Positions 14,236 to 26,309 of a stretch of DNA of 64,000 nucleotides are shown here, piece by piece. The first letter of the stretch is position 1. Each line of letters begins with the position of its first letter. The notes beneath the pieces are model-generated. The model saw nothing but the letters and a program-made list of their open reading frames with translations, did not search any database and was not told where the DNA came from. The stretch is from the human T2T-CHM13v2.0 reference genome, Homo sapiens. The translations under genes and the position numbers were made by a program. The stretch lies in NCBI RefSeq assembly GCF_009914755.1, contig NC_060931.1; one strand, written 5' to 3'.

Positions 14236-14839
14236 TCTCCCTGGAGTTCCTCCCGAGGGTCTCTGTGACACAGAGGAGGAAGCAGGAGCTTTCTTTGCAT
14301 AATCATGGTCAAATATTTATATTTGTTTAGGATTTGCTTCTATAGGATGTTTTCGTCATTCAAATCTATTTCCAAAATAAATCTGGATCTCTTTTATAAG
14401 AAAATGCAATGAAAACACCAGAATGATAGAGTAAGAAAATAGAACTGAAATTACTGAAAAGGAGCTGAGGAATTAGATGTTGCCAGGCATCTGAGATGAG
14501 ATGATTAAAACAGCCAGGTGGCTCTGAGCTAAGGCAAAAGGCAGAATCTGGGGCAACACAGTTTATATCATCTGACAACATAAAGCATGCACATCCTTTG
14601 TGTCAAGCCGCACTGCTTCCTGGAACAAACTCAAGGCAGAATTTATTACCTGGGTTCCTGTTTAAGTGCATGTCGAATGACCAGTTGATGAAAGCCTTCA
14701 AATAAAGTTTTGCAAAAGAACAAAGAATGAGACGTGGAGTACTGACCCTCTCTGAAAGGATACCAGAATTAAGACTACAGAAGCCGACCCAACATTTGCT
14801 CACTACCTTTTAAATTGGACTTAATGCCATATTTTAAAA

Positions 14840-15290
14840 AATAACCACTTTTAAAATAATTTTTGCTTATATCAAAAGTAATACAGGTGAATTTCAGGAA
14901 ATTTGTAAAATACAGCTTCAAAGAGAGAGGTGGAGAGAGAGAGAGAGAGAGAAATCTATCATCTATCACTCACCACTATTAACATTTTAGTGTCATCTTC
15001 CCATGTTTTTGTTTATGCATAGATATGCATATCTATTTTGCAAAGATAAGAAATTACTATATCTTTTAAACGTTTTTATTTGATAATGTACTATGAATAT
15101 TTCCCATTCAATTAAATACCTCTACAGTGACACTGAATGCTTATGATACTGTATTGATATTAATATTGTAGAATACATCAGGAAGATATTATTACAATAT
15201 GTTTAACCAATCCCCTGGATGCTAGATATTTGGGTTTCTAACATTTCATCTTTTTAAATAATTCTGTGATGAACATCTGTTCGCAGGGTA
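14840..15290 (-). mobile_element. Old L1 (L1ME-type) 3' fragment with (GA)n
   Basis: tttaaccaatcccctggatgctagatatttgggtttc...tgtgatgaacatct is typical antisense L1ME sequence. Confidence 0.65.
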
Positions 15291-17869
15291 CCCTCCATGA
15301 CCAGTTGTGTTTCAGAGAAGGCAGATCTAGTCCATTCAAGGCCAGGATCCCCCGGAGGTCAGTACATTATTTGCCCAGTGAATTGTGGGCATATCTATAC
15401 TTTTTGCACTTTTCCAGGCAGGAAGGAGGAAGTAGTACTGAGAACCCACTGTCTTGGGTTAAGGAGCATTCTCTGGGCTGCTTAGGGGAGAAGATTTCTA
15501 TCCCAAGGTCCTGCAGCCTTGGGGTAAGATGGGAGCAGAGAAGACAGAGTGTGGGGCCACTGTGGAGGCAGCAGGGAGGGGTTCCTTGTGGCCACTGATC
15601 GGAGCCCTCATATTCCTTGTGGGGAGGCTCTAATTTCTCCAGAGATGCTTCTCTACTTGGAGGTCTGCCCTGTGTCGGGAGCATTAGTGGCCCTGCAGAG
15701 AGGTGGGACATTATTTGGATACTCTTGCTCGTAGGGAGTTTGTTGCCTCCCAAAAGGTGTGTGGCATTTGTAAGTTGTTCTCCTTTTCCAAGGTTCTTCA
15801 GAAGACTTGAATATGGTTTGTAATCTAGGCACCAAAATTGAAATTCCCTCCAAAGAGCCACACAAATAAATGACCTCCCATACCATTAAGTTCTCTCTAT
15901 GCATGGCAATCCCTAGTTAACCTCAGACAGGTAAGAAGAGAGAGTGTTTTTCATCAATGACAAGGAAAGTTTTTTCTGGCTAATGTGGTATAGTAGCAAA
16001 TGCAACTAAAAAGGACACCCCCAAGCATGTCTTTAATTCATTTGTACACATCCAACAACATCACTTTTAAGTACACATAGGTAGGATAAATATTTAGTCA
16101 TTAAGTATCTGAAGTTATTGTAATTCTATTTCAGCACTATTCTTTTCCCTACATTAAAAAAAAATTTCTAGACTGTGCTTCAACCTCAAAGGACATACCT
16201 TGGACAGAATATTCCATTAAAGACATTGTTGGAGCAACTTTTATTATTCATTAGTGTGTTTTAAAGTGGACCTGAACAGAAATGCTTTTTGCTAAAGTAA
16301 AAATACATCCGTTTCTATGATCTAATTGTGCAATTGGTTAGAATTTCTATCTATCAGTTCAAAGGGAAACTTGGTTTCAGTGAATTTGTTTTTAATAAAA
16401 ATGTGCTATCTATGATAAATATATTTCACTTTGTTCAAATGGATTTGATTGGGAAAACATATTGAGCAGAAGTACTGGTACAGCTTAATTTCATTGCTTT
16501 GAGAAAACGTATTGAATGCTGGTTTGAATTAAATTCTATTTGTTTTAATAAAAGTGTATTGGCCTGAGTGTACATATATTTGTTTTAGTGGTAGTGCATT
16601 GGATCCAATAAAACTATATTGGCTTCACTGCTTATGTCTCCTTTTCAGTGAAAATGGATTGAATGGGAAAACGAAATAGGCATGAAGCAGCCAGCCCCAA
16701 GGTCTCTGTTTGGTAAGAATATCCAAACAAACCGGGAGAGAGGGGGGTTTCCATAGACTTTATATCAAAATATGCTTTTAAATTTAAATACCTTTTACTG
16801 TCAAGGACTCAGATGTGAAACTGAATTGCCACCATAAAGAATGCAATTTTCTGAAGCAGCCCTTTCCATGGACAAGTTATGGGACTGTCCAGGACACTAG
16901 AGGAAGAAATCCTCTGACAGCCCAGAGCAGGTTTGTCAGCATCCCTTAAACTTCACACAGGACTCATTGGTTCCAATAAGAGGCTGTCTACCAAGCATTC
17001 CTAAATCCCTTAAATGAACAGAAAAGGGATCATGAGTACTCCCTAAGGATGGTGCTGGCCCATCAGCATTGAAACGGGTCTGACTTTGAACTGATTGAAA
17101 AGAGGGGAAAAGGGAAACAAGTGTCACCCTGAGACATACTTCAGAATCACCAGACTTCCCAAAGATTATAGACCCTCAGAGAAGAATCGGCTTCACACAA
17201 GGGAGTTGATGCTGGTACTGCCGTCTAGAAAATGGCAGCCTCTGCCAAGTGCCACGACTGCATTGTGTAGCTGTAAATGGCTCCAAGATGCCAGGCCACA
17301 GATACTCCTTTGCATAGGTGCCCTGACCCAAAAGCCGGTGTTAAAATGATGGGGAGTAATGACAATATTGGCTGCTATCCCTACGTGACTGTCTCTCGAT
17401 TAAAGAAAGTATGTGCTCTGAATTGTTTTTCCACCAGAAGATGAACTTGATCTGACTCCTCTACCCAGTTTCATTTAGCCTTGATGAGAAATAAATGCAA
17501 ACACTATTTTCATTAACACCTTTCTTCCAACTAAATGTGCTAACAAGCTCCAGACTTCAACCTTCCCATTAATAACTGCTAATTTTGAAGTAGTATCATT
17601 ACCAAGGAAATCTAAGCCCTTGGCGTGTAGTTGCTCATTTTTTTGAATGCCTGAATCCTTATAAGACCCTACAAGGATAAGAGAGAAAAATTTATTCACA
17701 GATTCTTTTTTTCCTAGAAATAGTCCCAGTTATATACTAGAAGTCAAGAAAAAATGGAGTTTGTGATAAAGAAGTTTTCTGTGCTGTCCTTGGAGGAGTG
17801 GGGTTGTGACCCTGGGAGACAGCAAGTGGCTCACTTTGTCAGAATGTAGCACTGATCAGCCACATTACA

Positions 17870-18275
17870 TAAATATGATGTGGGGTGAGAAGATTTCAGG
17901 AACTCCCAGAAGGTGAGTGGAGAAATGAGACAAAGAGGGGAGGCAGCTAACACAGGGTTTGTTGTTAAGCACGTTACCACTGTGGCCAACCGGAGCTTGA
18001 GCCTGCTGTGGGAAATCTAGGAATTGGCAGAAAACCTATGTCTTAGAATTAAGGGGCAAGGAGAAAGGGAGCTGAGGTATGTATAGATCATGCGCATTTA
18101 TACATTCGTTCCCATCCTCATTAGTTGAGAGCTGCTCCTGGGAGCATTAATTCTCTAGTGGACCTAGCCTGCCAGGTGAGCAGGCACCATGGGCTCTGAC
18201 CCCCAGAAAAAGCCTTAAGGCAAAGAATGCAGTTGGCAGCGGTAAGGCTGAAGGGCAGGGCAGGGCACTGGTAAG
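17870..18275 (-). mobile_element. LTR33-like (ERVL) solo LTR
   Basis: ttaccactgtggccaaccggagctt ... gggagctgaggtat ... tcattagttgagagctgctcctggg matches the remembered LTR33 consensus. Confidence 0.7.
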
Positions 18276-18282
18276 GCCTGCT

Positions 18283-18430
18283 ACCCTATGAAGCCCACTT
18301 TACAGATGAGTAAACTGGGAAGTAGAGGTTTACTGGTTCTCCCAGTGACACAGACAATAGTCAGCACAGGCAGAATGCAGACCCAGCTTCTGCCTCACTT
18401 GAAAGTCAGTGACTTAACCTTTTAGCCACA
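18283..18430 (-). mobile_element. MIR
   Basis: cccactttacagatgagtaaactggg core. Confidence 0.7.
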
Positions 18431-18456
18431 TGGTTCTGATCATGCTGTCCAGCTGA

Positions 18457-18770
<314 letters not shown>

Positions 18771-18999
18771 TGCCTCCCGAGTTTTAAAAATCATGTTTTG
18801 AGGGTTTTTTTCACTGAGTCAGGGCTGGGTGCTGTATTGCAGATAGGAGAAAGGGAACTGGAAGTGTTACACTGCCTTAGCTTCTGCACCTAGAAGTGGC
18901 CAGATAGTGATCTCTCTTAGGCTGAACTGAATCTTAGCATCTAGGTGCATGTTCATGGGATGCTAAACTCAACTTGTCCTATGATACATCTTTGATTAA

Positions 19000-19950
19000 T
19001 AGGCAATTGCAAGTGACTGCATGACCGTGTGCTCCTGGGTTATTTTCAGCGAGCCAGGGGCTCGCAGCTATCACCCAGCTCCACCAGCAGTTTGTTTGGC
19101 AGTTTGTCCCTCTTTCGTATTCATCCTTTTGCAATCAGCTTTTCCATTTCAGCCGTGCTTGCTAGCTGCAAGCTGCTTTGTGACGTAAGTTATGATGACT
19201 TTGTGCTATAAAATAAAACAGCAATCCTCACAGCTGATTTGATTCCATTTAATGAAATGGTGGTGACATCTGAATGTCACAATTGCAGAGAGGCGGATGG
19301 GTTGTTGCAGTTGCTGATAGGAGAAGGATCAGTGTTATTCCCTGGGCTAATATCTCATATGACAATTCTGCAGTTACCATCGCTCTGTGTCAGGCGATGG
19401 TGACTGCTAGGCGCCAATGGACCTCTGGGTTTTTTTCACTTCCTATAAATACAATGGGGCAGTGGGGTGGAGAGGATGAAGACGGCATTGTGAAGATTGG
19501 GAGAAATATTTTGGGGGAAAGAAGCACACACCTAACAGTTGCTGCCATTCAAGAACTTGAAAAATACACCGTTTTGGGATAACCAATAGCATGCATGTAT
19601 CCCATTGAAAAGTGCTGGAAAAAATCATTGGTTTCTCCTTCCTCGCCATGCGTAAAGCAGAGAGCAATGCTGGGAAGACATCAGACAGAAAACATGGAGG
19701 CAAGTCAAGAAGCCAGTCTCTCCTTAATCAATTATGCGAGAGTATTATCAAATCAATGAATTCACAGTGTGAACGCTTGCGGCAGATGGACGAACACTTG
19801 TCGGCTATCCGGTGCCGCGAGAGAGTCAGATTTATTTTCAACGCTTGTTTGTCTCATTTCTCCTGCCTGGTGCTGGAAGGCAGAGCATGCAGCTGTGATT
19901 TTTCAAATGTAAGAGATCTCCAACTATTTTATAGTGTGTGAGATTGGGCT
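19000..19950. promoter_or_regulatory. Candidate conserved non-coding element / developmental enhancer
   Basis: Repeat-free; 9 CpGs in 19735-19845; E-boxes, TGATTTGAT in both orientations, TGACGTAA. Function is inference only. Confidence 0.5.
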
Positions 19951-20629
19951 CTGCAAGCTAAACTCTCTAGGACTTCTGGCTTTTTTTCCCCTCAGAATGA
20001 GGACAAAGGAGTGCAGGCTTAGCCAGCGGTCTCTCTCTCCATGCTTACAGTTCTCAGCAATGGAAGGATGAGGTTGGATGGATCCATGACTGGCATTCCG
20101 GTCTTGGCTGTGATGGTGAGGTTTCTCCTACTGTGATCTCAGAGATGGGGCATATAGGAAGGAAGAGGAAGCTTCTGCCTGAGGCACAGCCTGTGTTAGG
20201 ACGATGGGCCCTTAGCACAGGAAGGTGTTACCAGTGGTTCTCAGGCAGCGGTAGCACTCCTTCCTGCCACCAAGGCTTCTGGTATTCTTGGCTGGCAGAC
20301 ATCTTGATTCTGAGCTGATCAGGGAGAAAAGGGAGATCATTTTGAGTCAGAACTGGTAATTTCACAGCATCTGCCATCCAATTGCAGAAAGCATTTTTCA
20401 AGTTTCTCCTTGTGGTAGGAATCATCATTCCGGTTTTGTGTATTGGGCCAAGTGGAAGTTCACTTTCAGTCTTAAAGTCAACAAGGAGTTCATGAACATT
20501 CTGGGTCTGGATTTGCAGCCTCCTGACCCAGTGCATGACCAAGAAGCCTTGTTAAACAAATTCTAAGTACTTCAGGGCAGAGTGAGTGGTGGAGGCTGGC
20601 CAGGGTCTCAAGGCTGTGTGCCTCAGTGT

Positions 20630-21250
20630 GTTCATTCATTCTTTCATTCATTCAATCAGTTGGTCAGCAAGCCTGGATTAGGCCAGAGGTTCTCAACCCT
20701 ACCTACCTCTGACTAAGTCAGACTTTCTGGGTGATTCTATCACGCAGTCAACATTGAGTCGCTGTGCCAGGCACTGAGGATACCATGGTGCACAGAACAT
20801 TGTCCCTGTCCTCATGGTCCAGGGTGACAAAATGGAACACGGCTGTGATAGAAGTAAGCTCAGGCTTCTGATAGAAGCAGCCTCCAACCCAGATAGGGCA
20901 AGGAGAATGAATCCACAATGACTCACTGGAGGGGCAGACACTGCACTGATTTCAAAAAAGAAGCAGGGATTCTGAATTATCTAGTCAAAGAATGGGGAAG
21001 GCGCATTGCACAAAGTCCTGGAGAATCTACAAGGAGCCTCTTGTAGCCATTGTGTGCAATGCAAGCTAGAGGGAAAAGTGGGCAGATGGGGAGAGAGGTG
21101 AGCTGGACTGGACGGTGGAGGCTTTAGGGAGTCATGCTGGAAAAGTGAGCCCCTATTTTATGAGAAAACTCTTTGAAGGGATTGCCAAGATCAGATTTCA
21201 GTTTCAGAGAAAACATCCTGGCAGCTGAGTGAAACAATAGATAGGAGGGG
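20630..21250 (-). mobile_element. L2 fragment with short MER5-like insertion (~20684-20762)
   Basis: (TTCA)n L2 tail, tgtgccaggcactgaggatac, gatcagatttcagtttcagag; cagaggttctcaacc resembles a hAT/MER5 end. Confidence 0.7.
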
Positions 21251-21546
21251 GCTATGGACAGTTACAAACTGAACAAATGAAAATCACTCATATTTGCCAC
21301 TGTTTACAATTACGGTCTGGCTTTTGGGGGAGAAAAGATAGATGGTAAAATTTTATTGAAAAAAAAATTCTATAAAATTCCAATTGGGTTGTTTTAAGGC
21401 AAGCACTTTTTAAAAAACTGAACTGAATTTGAAATCGAAAAATTAAAAGATTTGCTCTGAATATATGTTTTTGGGGATACACATGCACACACACATATTT
21501 GTTTGATTCTCTAAACAAATCGCTTCTGGCTTGGGATTTAAAAAAC

Positions 21547-21659
21547 ATTTTTTGCGGGGACAGGATCTTGCTTTGTCGCCCAGGTTGGAGTGGTGTGACC
21601 ACAGCTCACTGCAGCCTTGAACTCCTGGGCTCAAGCAATCCTCCTGCCTCAGTATCCCA
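21547..21659 (-). mobile_element. Alu monomer (FLAM / AluJ-type fragment)
   Basis: tgtcgcccaggttggagtgg...ctcactgcagccttgaactcctgggctcaagcaatcctcctgcctcag. Confidence 0.88.
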
Positions 21660-21700
21660 TGGCTTGGGCTTTTTTGGGAGGTGGTGGTGTTTGATGAGCT

Positions 21701-21801
21701 CAGCTCACCTCTCACCCCATCTGGCTACTTTTTCCTCTGGTTTGCATCGTACACAATGGCTACAGTAGGCTTCTTGTAGATTCTCCAGGACTTGGCACAA
21801 T
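21701..21801 (+). repeat. Inverted duplicate of 21005-21105
   Basis: Ungapped reverse-complement alignment by hand, 87/101 identical. Confidence 0.93.
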
Positions 21802-21864
21802 CTGTCCTACCTTCCATCTTCTGGCTGAAAGGATCATGCTTTGTAGAGTTAATTAAGAAGCCAG

Positions 21865-22060
21865 CTTCCAGAGGCAGAAAAACCTGAGTTTAAATCTCAT
21901 TCCTGCCCCTCCATACCTCAGATTCTTTGTCTGTAAAATAGGCTGGGAATAGCACCTTCTTCCTGGTAAAACAATGAAATACATGTAAATACATATACAT
22001 TCTTGTGAAGAGCTTAGCACAGAGACCGGGACATTGGAAACAGTCAAAAATGGTAGAAGG
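21865..22060 (+). mobile_element. MIR
   Basis: cctcagattctttgtctgtaaaatagg ... gagcttagcacagag. Confidence 0.7.
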
Positions 22061-23279
22061 AACCAAAGGGCAAAAGACGGAAAACAAACAACTCAGAAAA
22101 GTAATGTGCTGATCCATCAAGTGACCCGATTTCTATTTTATTCCACTTTGGCATGATCTGGCAACATTTTTTTTTTTAAACAAAAAGGAAAAGAGACTTG
22201 TAGGTCAGAGTCTTAACAACCAGTCTCTATAAACTTTATGCAGAAGAGCTGTATGAACTCGATGATTTCTGCTCTAAGCTGCTGAACTAAAATTGACTTG
22301 CAAAATGACCTGCCTCTGCTCTGGCGACTGTCGCTTGTTCTGAAGGCAGGAGAGAATTTGGCTCCTTCGCTTATGATATCTACAGTAACCCATCAGCTGC
22401 TGCGCTGAAGGATGTGTTCAGCATTCCCCTTTCCCCTTTAATGTGCCATTAAATCAAATACTCTATTAGCAGAATTAGTTCATTCAGTGTCTGCACTGAA
22501 ACGTCCTGTGAATTGCGTGTGTCTTCGTAAATGGCCCTGCACTCTGGGGTCTACTTCAGCAGTTTATATCCTGCGGAGGAGGGCCGAGCTGCCCAAGGAT
22601 CTGACGGCCTTCCTCTAAGTGAAATATTATGGCTTCCACAAAGGATAATTATTTGGATCATTTTGCCATGTGCAGGCCTGGTTAATTCCAAGCACCGTTG
22701 ATCAGGCTCTGGCCCAAAGCCTGCTGTCCTCACACCTGCAGCCGGGACCTGCCTTGGCCACGGGCTTCCCACTTTCTCAGCTTCTCAGCTATACATAGGT
22801 CCACTCTAGAGACTTGTTCCAAAATGCATGCTTTTCCTGAGAGTGAAAATATGGAAAAATTCCTTTCCCCAAAAGAATTTAGGGCAGGAACTTAGCGTGT
22901 CTCCATTTTTGTTTTCTGAGGCAAGAGCTGGGCTTAAAACTCAGCATCTATATTTCCATTCTCTCTTACTTACACTTGTCACCCAATACATGTGAAAGCA
23001 GGCAATGACAACTGCTGTGCCTCTGTCATAATAATCTCATGCTCTGAAAATTAGCAAGGATCTCAAGCACGCAATATCACATTCAGCCTGGGCATGTTGA
23101 GCACCAGCATGATTCTTCATCTGCCAGGGCTCTGGGCTGCTGCTGTGGGCACTCCGGCTGCTTTTCCTTTATGTCGAGTTGCATTTAGCCAAGGTGCATT
23201 TCATCTGTTATACTCTCTTTTACTAAAGCAGAAAGTCAGTATGTTAGGGGAGTATTTGCTCCATACCAGGTAAACCTTA

Positions 23280-23690
23280 GAATGGTGTACTGGTAAATGT
23301 TTGGCCTTTTTTCAAGGGATGGAGGGGAAAAGCCTGGTTTATAATGTCTGCCAATTTCCATGGTGTAAATACTGACACTGTGGCTGATTTCAAGCTACCA
23401 ACATGACATTATTGAATACAGAGTTGGGAAGAAATGTTTGCAACACTCCCATTCCATAGTATTTCCATGAAAATAACTTCAAGAGCCATATGTAATAGTT
23501 AACTATATAAAATGATTAGGATGGGATGAGTTTTGAATATTCACTATATCTTAAAATGTAACCCATTTAATTATAAGTTTATACAATTTAACTTTGATAA
23601 TGACTGTGTTTAACAATGGACTTGCAAAATTCCTCAGAATTTAACAGCTGGCTCTCACAAGCTAATATAAGCCAGCTCCACACACCACTG
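23280..23690 (+). mobile_element. MER63B-like hAT-Blackjack DNA transposon
   Basis: Ends gaatggtgtactgg / ccacacaccactg (terminal inverted repeat); internal ccaatttccatggtgtaaatact...gatttcaagctaccaac. Confidence 0.85.
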
Positions 23691-23719
23691 AGTTTCAGGA
23701 TAGAAAATATTTCTCATTT

Positions 23720-24051
23720 ACAACTCAGTACAGCATGGATATTTGACAGTGGCTCTCCACATGGTGACTCAGGGACCCAGGCTCTCTCCATTTTGAATCT
23801 CCATTCCTCTTAGGAGCCTCGGAACCCTTTGCTTCCAGCTTGGGGTTGGGGAAAGCACAGAAGTTTTCACATGGGTAGTTCTCATGGCCCAGACTTGGAA
23901 ATGGTTTGTCACTTTTGTCCATATTCCATTGGTTGGAATTCTGTCACATGGCCACACCTGACAGCCAGGGAGTCTGGGAAATATAGTCTAGCTGTGTGCC
24001 CAAGAAAGACAGGAAATGGGGTGGATGAGCATCTAGCCCAATTCTGCCATA
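23720..24051 (-). mobile_element. Old MaLR LTR (MLT1K/L-like)
   Basis: ctcagggacccaggct ... ccattggttggaattctgtcacatggccacacctgacagccagggagtctgggaaatatagtct. Confidence 0.75.
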
Positions 24052-24299
24052 CCACTGGGATTGACTCCTTCACTGGCTGATGTCAGAAAGCAGGTAGACT
24101 ATGGAGGAAGAACAGCTGCCCACCTGTCCTTATTGAACATTCGAGAGTTTAACAGGCATGAGCAATGAAATTAATTGTTATGAATTTGGCAATTAATAAA
24201 TAGAACTATGCCTGTGTAGGAACCAGGATAAATGTTGTTTACTATTACTGATGGGGCAGGATGCTGTGGCAGTTGCATGAGCTGGTCGAAGCTCAATGG

Positions 24300-24738
24300 T
24301 CCCTTCATCCACTCATCCACATATCCAATAAACCTTTAGTCAGGCTCTGTGTTAGCTTCTGGGGATGCAGATGTGCTTAGGACATGCTTATAGTCCAGTG
24401 AGGAAGAGAGAATCAGACAAGCCAAGGTCAAGATGAGTGTTCTAACCAACGAGAGAGCAGCTAAAATTCTGGAACGTTATTCTCCTCCTTCTAAGGAGGA
24501 GACAGTTGATGTGGTTCTAGTTGGATGCATGGGTAGAATTTTCTAGGTATAGAAGGGGAAAGATATTCCAGGCAAGGGGAACAGCTTGTGCAAAAGTCGA
24601 GGGGAATGGCAGAGCATGGCTTGTTCCCGAAATGGCAAGAAACTCTGTGGCCAGAGATGGGGCTGAATAGATTGGCTATGTCAAATTGTAAAGAGCTTTC
24701 CATGGAGTGGATAGGGGTTTGGAATTTACCTGTAGGCC
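24300..24738 (-). mobile_element. L2 fragment
   Basis: attccaggcaaggggaacagcttgtgcaaaag and an L2 3'-end pattern. Confidence 0.7.
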
Positions 24739-24929
24739 CATGCTTCTCAAACAGGGGACACCTACCTCCAGGGATACTCAGGGGTATGCCAGAAAGGATG
24801 TAAAGACAGCGAAAAGCTTCTTTATTTCTTCCCTTGATGGTAAGCAATTCAAAATGAGTTTTGAGAAGTCCTAGAAAAGAGTTCTTTTTGTCTCAGTAGA
24901 GTGGATATCATCTCAGTGGACTTCCATCT

Positions 24930-25142
24930 CAATGAACTGATACCAGTCCTGTGGTCAGTGCAACGCTATGCTCAGATGGGCTCGAGCTGAGCACGTGCTG
25001 CACCCCTGAGCCCCGGGGTGGGTGCCCACCCAAAGCCCAAGAGTTAAGAGAGGGGAAAGGGTGCTCTAGAGGAAAATCCAGACACGGGAACCAAGAAGGG
25101 GGAATGGCTGCCAGGTAGCCCAGCCAGCAGCTGACCCCTACA
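24930..25142 (-). mobile_element. MLT1J-like MaLR LTR fragment
   Basis: gaggaaaatccag...accaagaagggggaatggctgccaggtagcc...ctaca terminus. Confidence 0.55.
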
Positions 25143-25689
25143 GGTGAAAAACAGCAGGTGGACAACTGTCCCTAGAACTGCCATTTGCAATAGAGAGCAG
25201 GCCAGGTATGAGAGAGAAAAAAATCATTTTCTTTCAGTTTTTGGTTCTTGAAATAATGGGAGGTCCAACAGAATAATGAAAGGGCTGTTTTTACAAGATA
25301 AAATCAGGTGGGAAGCTGGGGTGGGGCTGGTCCCGTCATCTCCAGCCCTTGAAATATAAACCAGCTCCCATCCTGTTTCCTCTCAGGCTCCTGGCCTGAG
25401 TAGCTTCTGGGCAAAGCCAGTGGCTTCATTGTGGTCACTGTAATTGTGCCAAGTCACGAACCTGTAGGCTGAGCCAGGAAGGCCCCAAAGCAGATAAGCC
25501 AGGCTGGCAACATGAGCGCCCCTCACCTCACATCCTGCCCCACAAATGGCTTGAGCAGGAACCACGAAGCCTGGAGCAGACTCGGCTGTGCTGCGTGCTC
25601 TTGGGAAAAGACCCACAGCCAAGCCAAGACCACAGTCTGAAGACCCTGAGCCCCACGGAAAGGCATTATTTGTGAGGCCTCCACGTTGG

Positions 25690-25925
25690 GGGTGTGGTAG
25701 GGAGAGCAAGATTTTGAAATCAGAGAGCCTAAAGTGGAATCCCAGTTGTACCCTCTGGGATTGTCTGGAGACAAGCGGCTTTAGCTCTGGAACTCAGCTC
25801 CCTTGCACATACGTGCAGATGACAACGCCTGCCCTTCAAGGTTGTGAAGATTCATCAAGACCACATGAGTGAAGCACCTGGCATCGGGTGTGGCACAAAG
25901 CAGGTGCTCAGGAAATGCCAATCTG
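25690..25925 (+). mobile_element. MIR, near full length
   Basis: tRNA-derived head and 3' end gcacctggcatcgggtgtggcacaaagcaggtgctcagg. Confidence 0.7.
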
Positions 25926-25943
25926 CTTAATAATAAGAAGAGA

Positions 25944-26300
25944 GGCCAGGAGTGGCAGCTCATGCCTGTAATCCCAGCACTTTGGGAGGCTGAGGTGGGC
26001 AGACCTCCCAAAGTCCTGGGATGACAGGAGTTCGAGACCAGCCTAGCCAACATGGTAAAACTCTGTCTCTACAAAAAATACTAAAAGTTAGCCGGGCGTG
26101 GTGGCATGTGCCTGTAATTCCGGCTACTTGGGAGGCTGAGGCAGGAGAATCGCTTGAACTGGGAGGTGGAGGTTGCAGTGAGCTGAGATCATGCCACTAC
26201 ACTCCAGCCTGGGCAACAGAGCCAGGCTCTGTCAAAAAAAAGAAGAAGAAAAATGAGGAGGAAGAGGGAGGAGGAAGAAGAAGGAGGAAGGAGGAAGGAG
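25944..26300 (+). mobile_element. AluS with internal 25-bp inverted copy and GA-rich tail extension
   Basis: Full dimer; 26004-26028 is the reverse complement of 25965-25989 (23/25). Confidence 0.93.
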
Positions 26301-26309
26301 ATGACACCT

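Noticed and set aside
15266-15904. Cluster of overlapping ORFs up to 164 aa
   Set aside because: Non-ATG starts, no recognisable homology, and no exon chain I could build.
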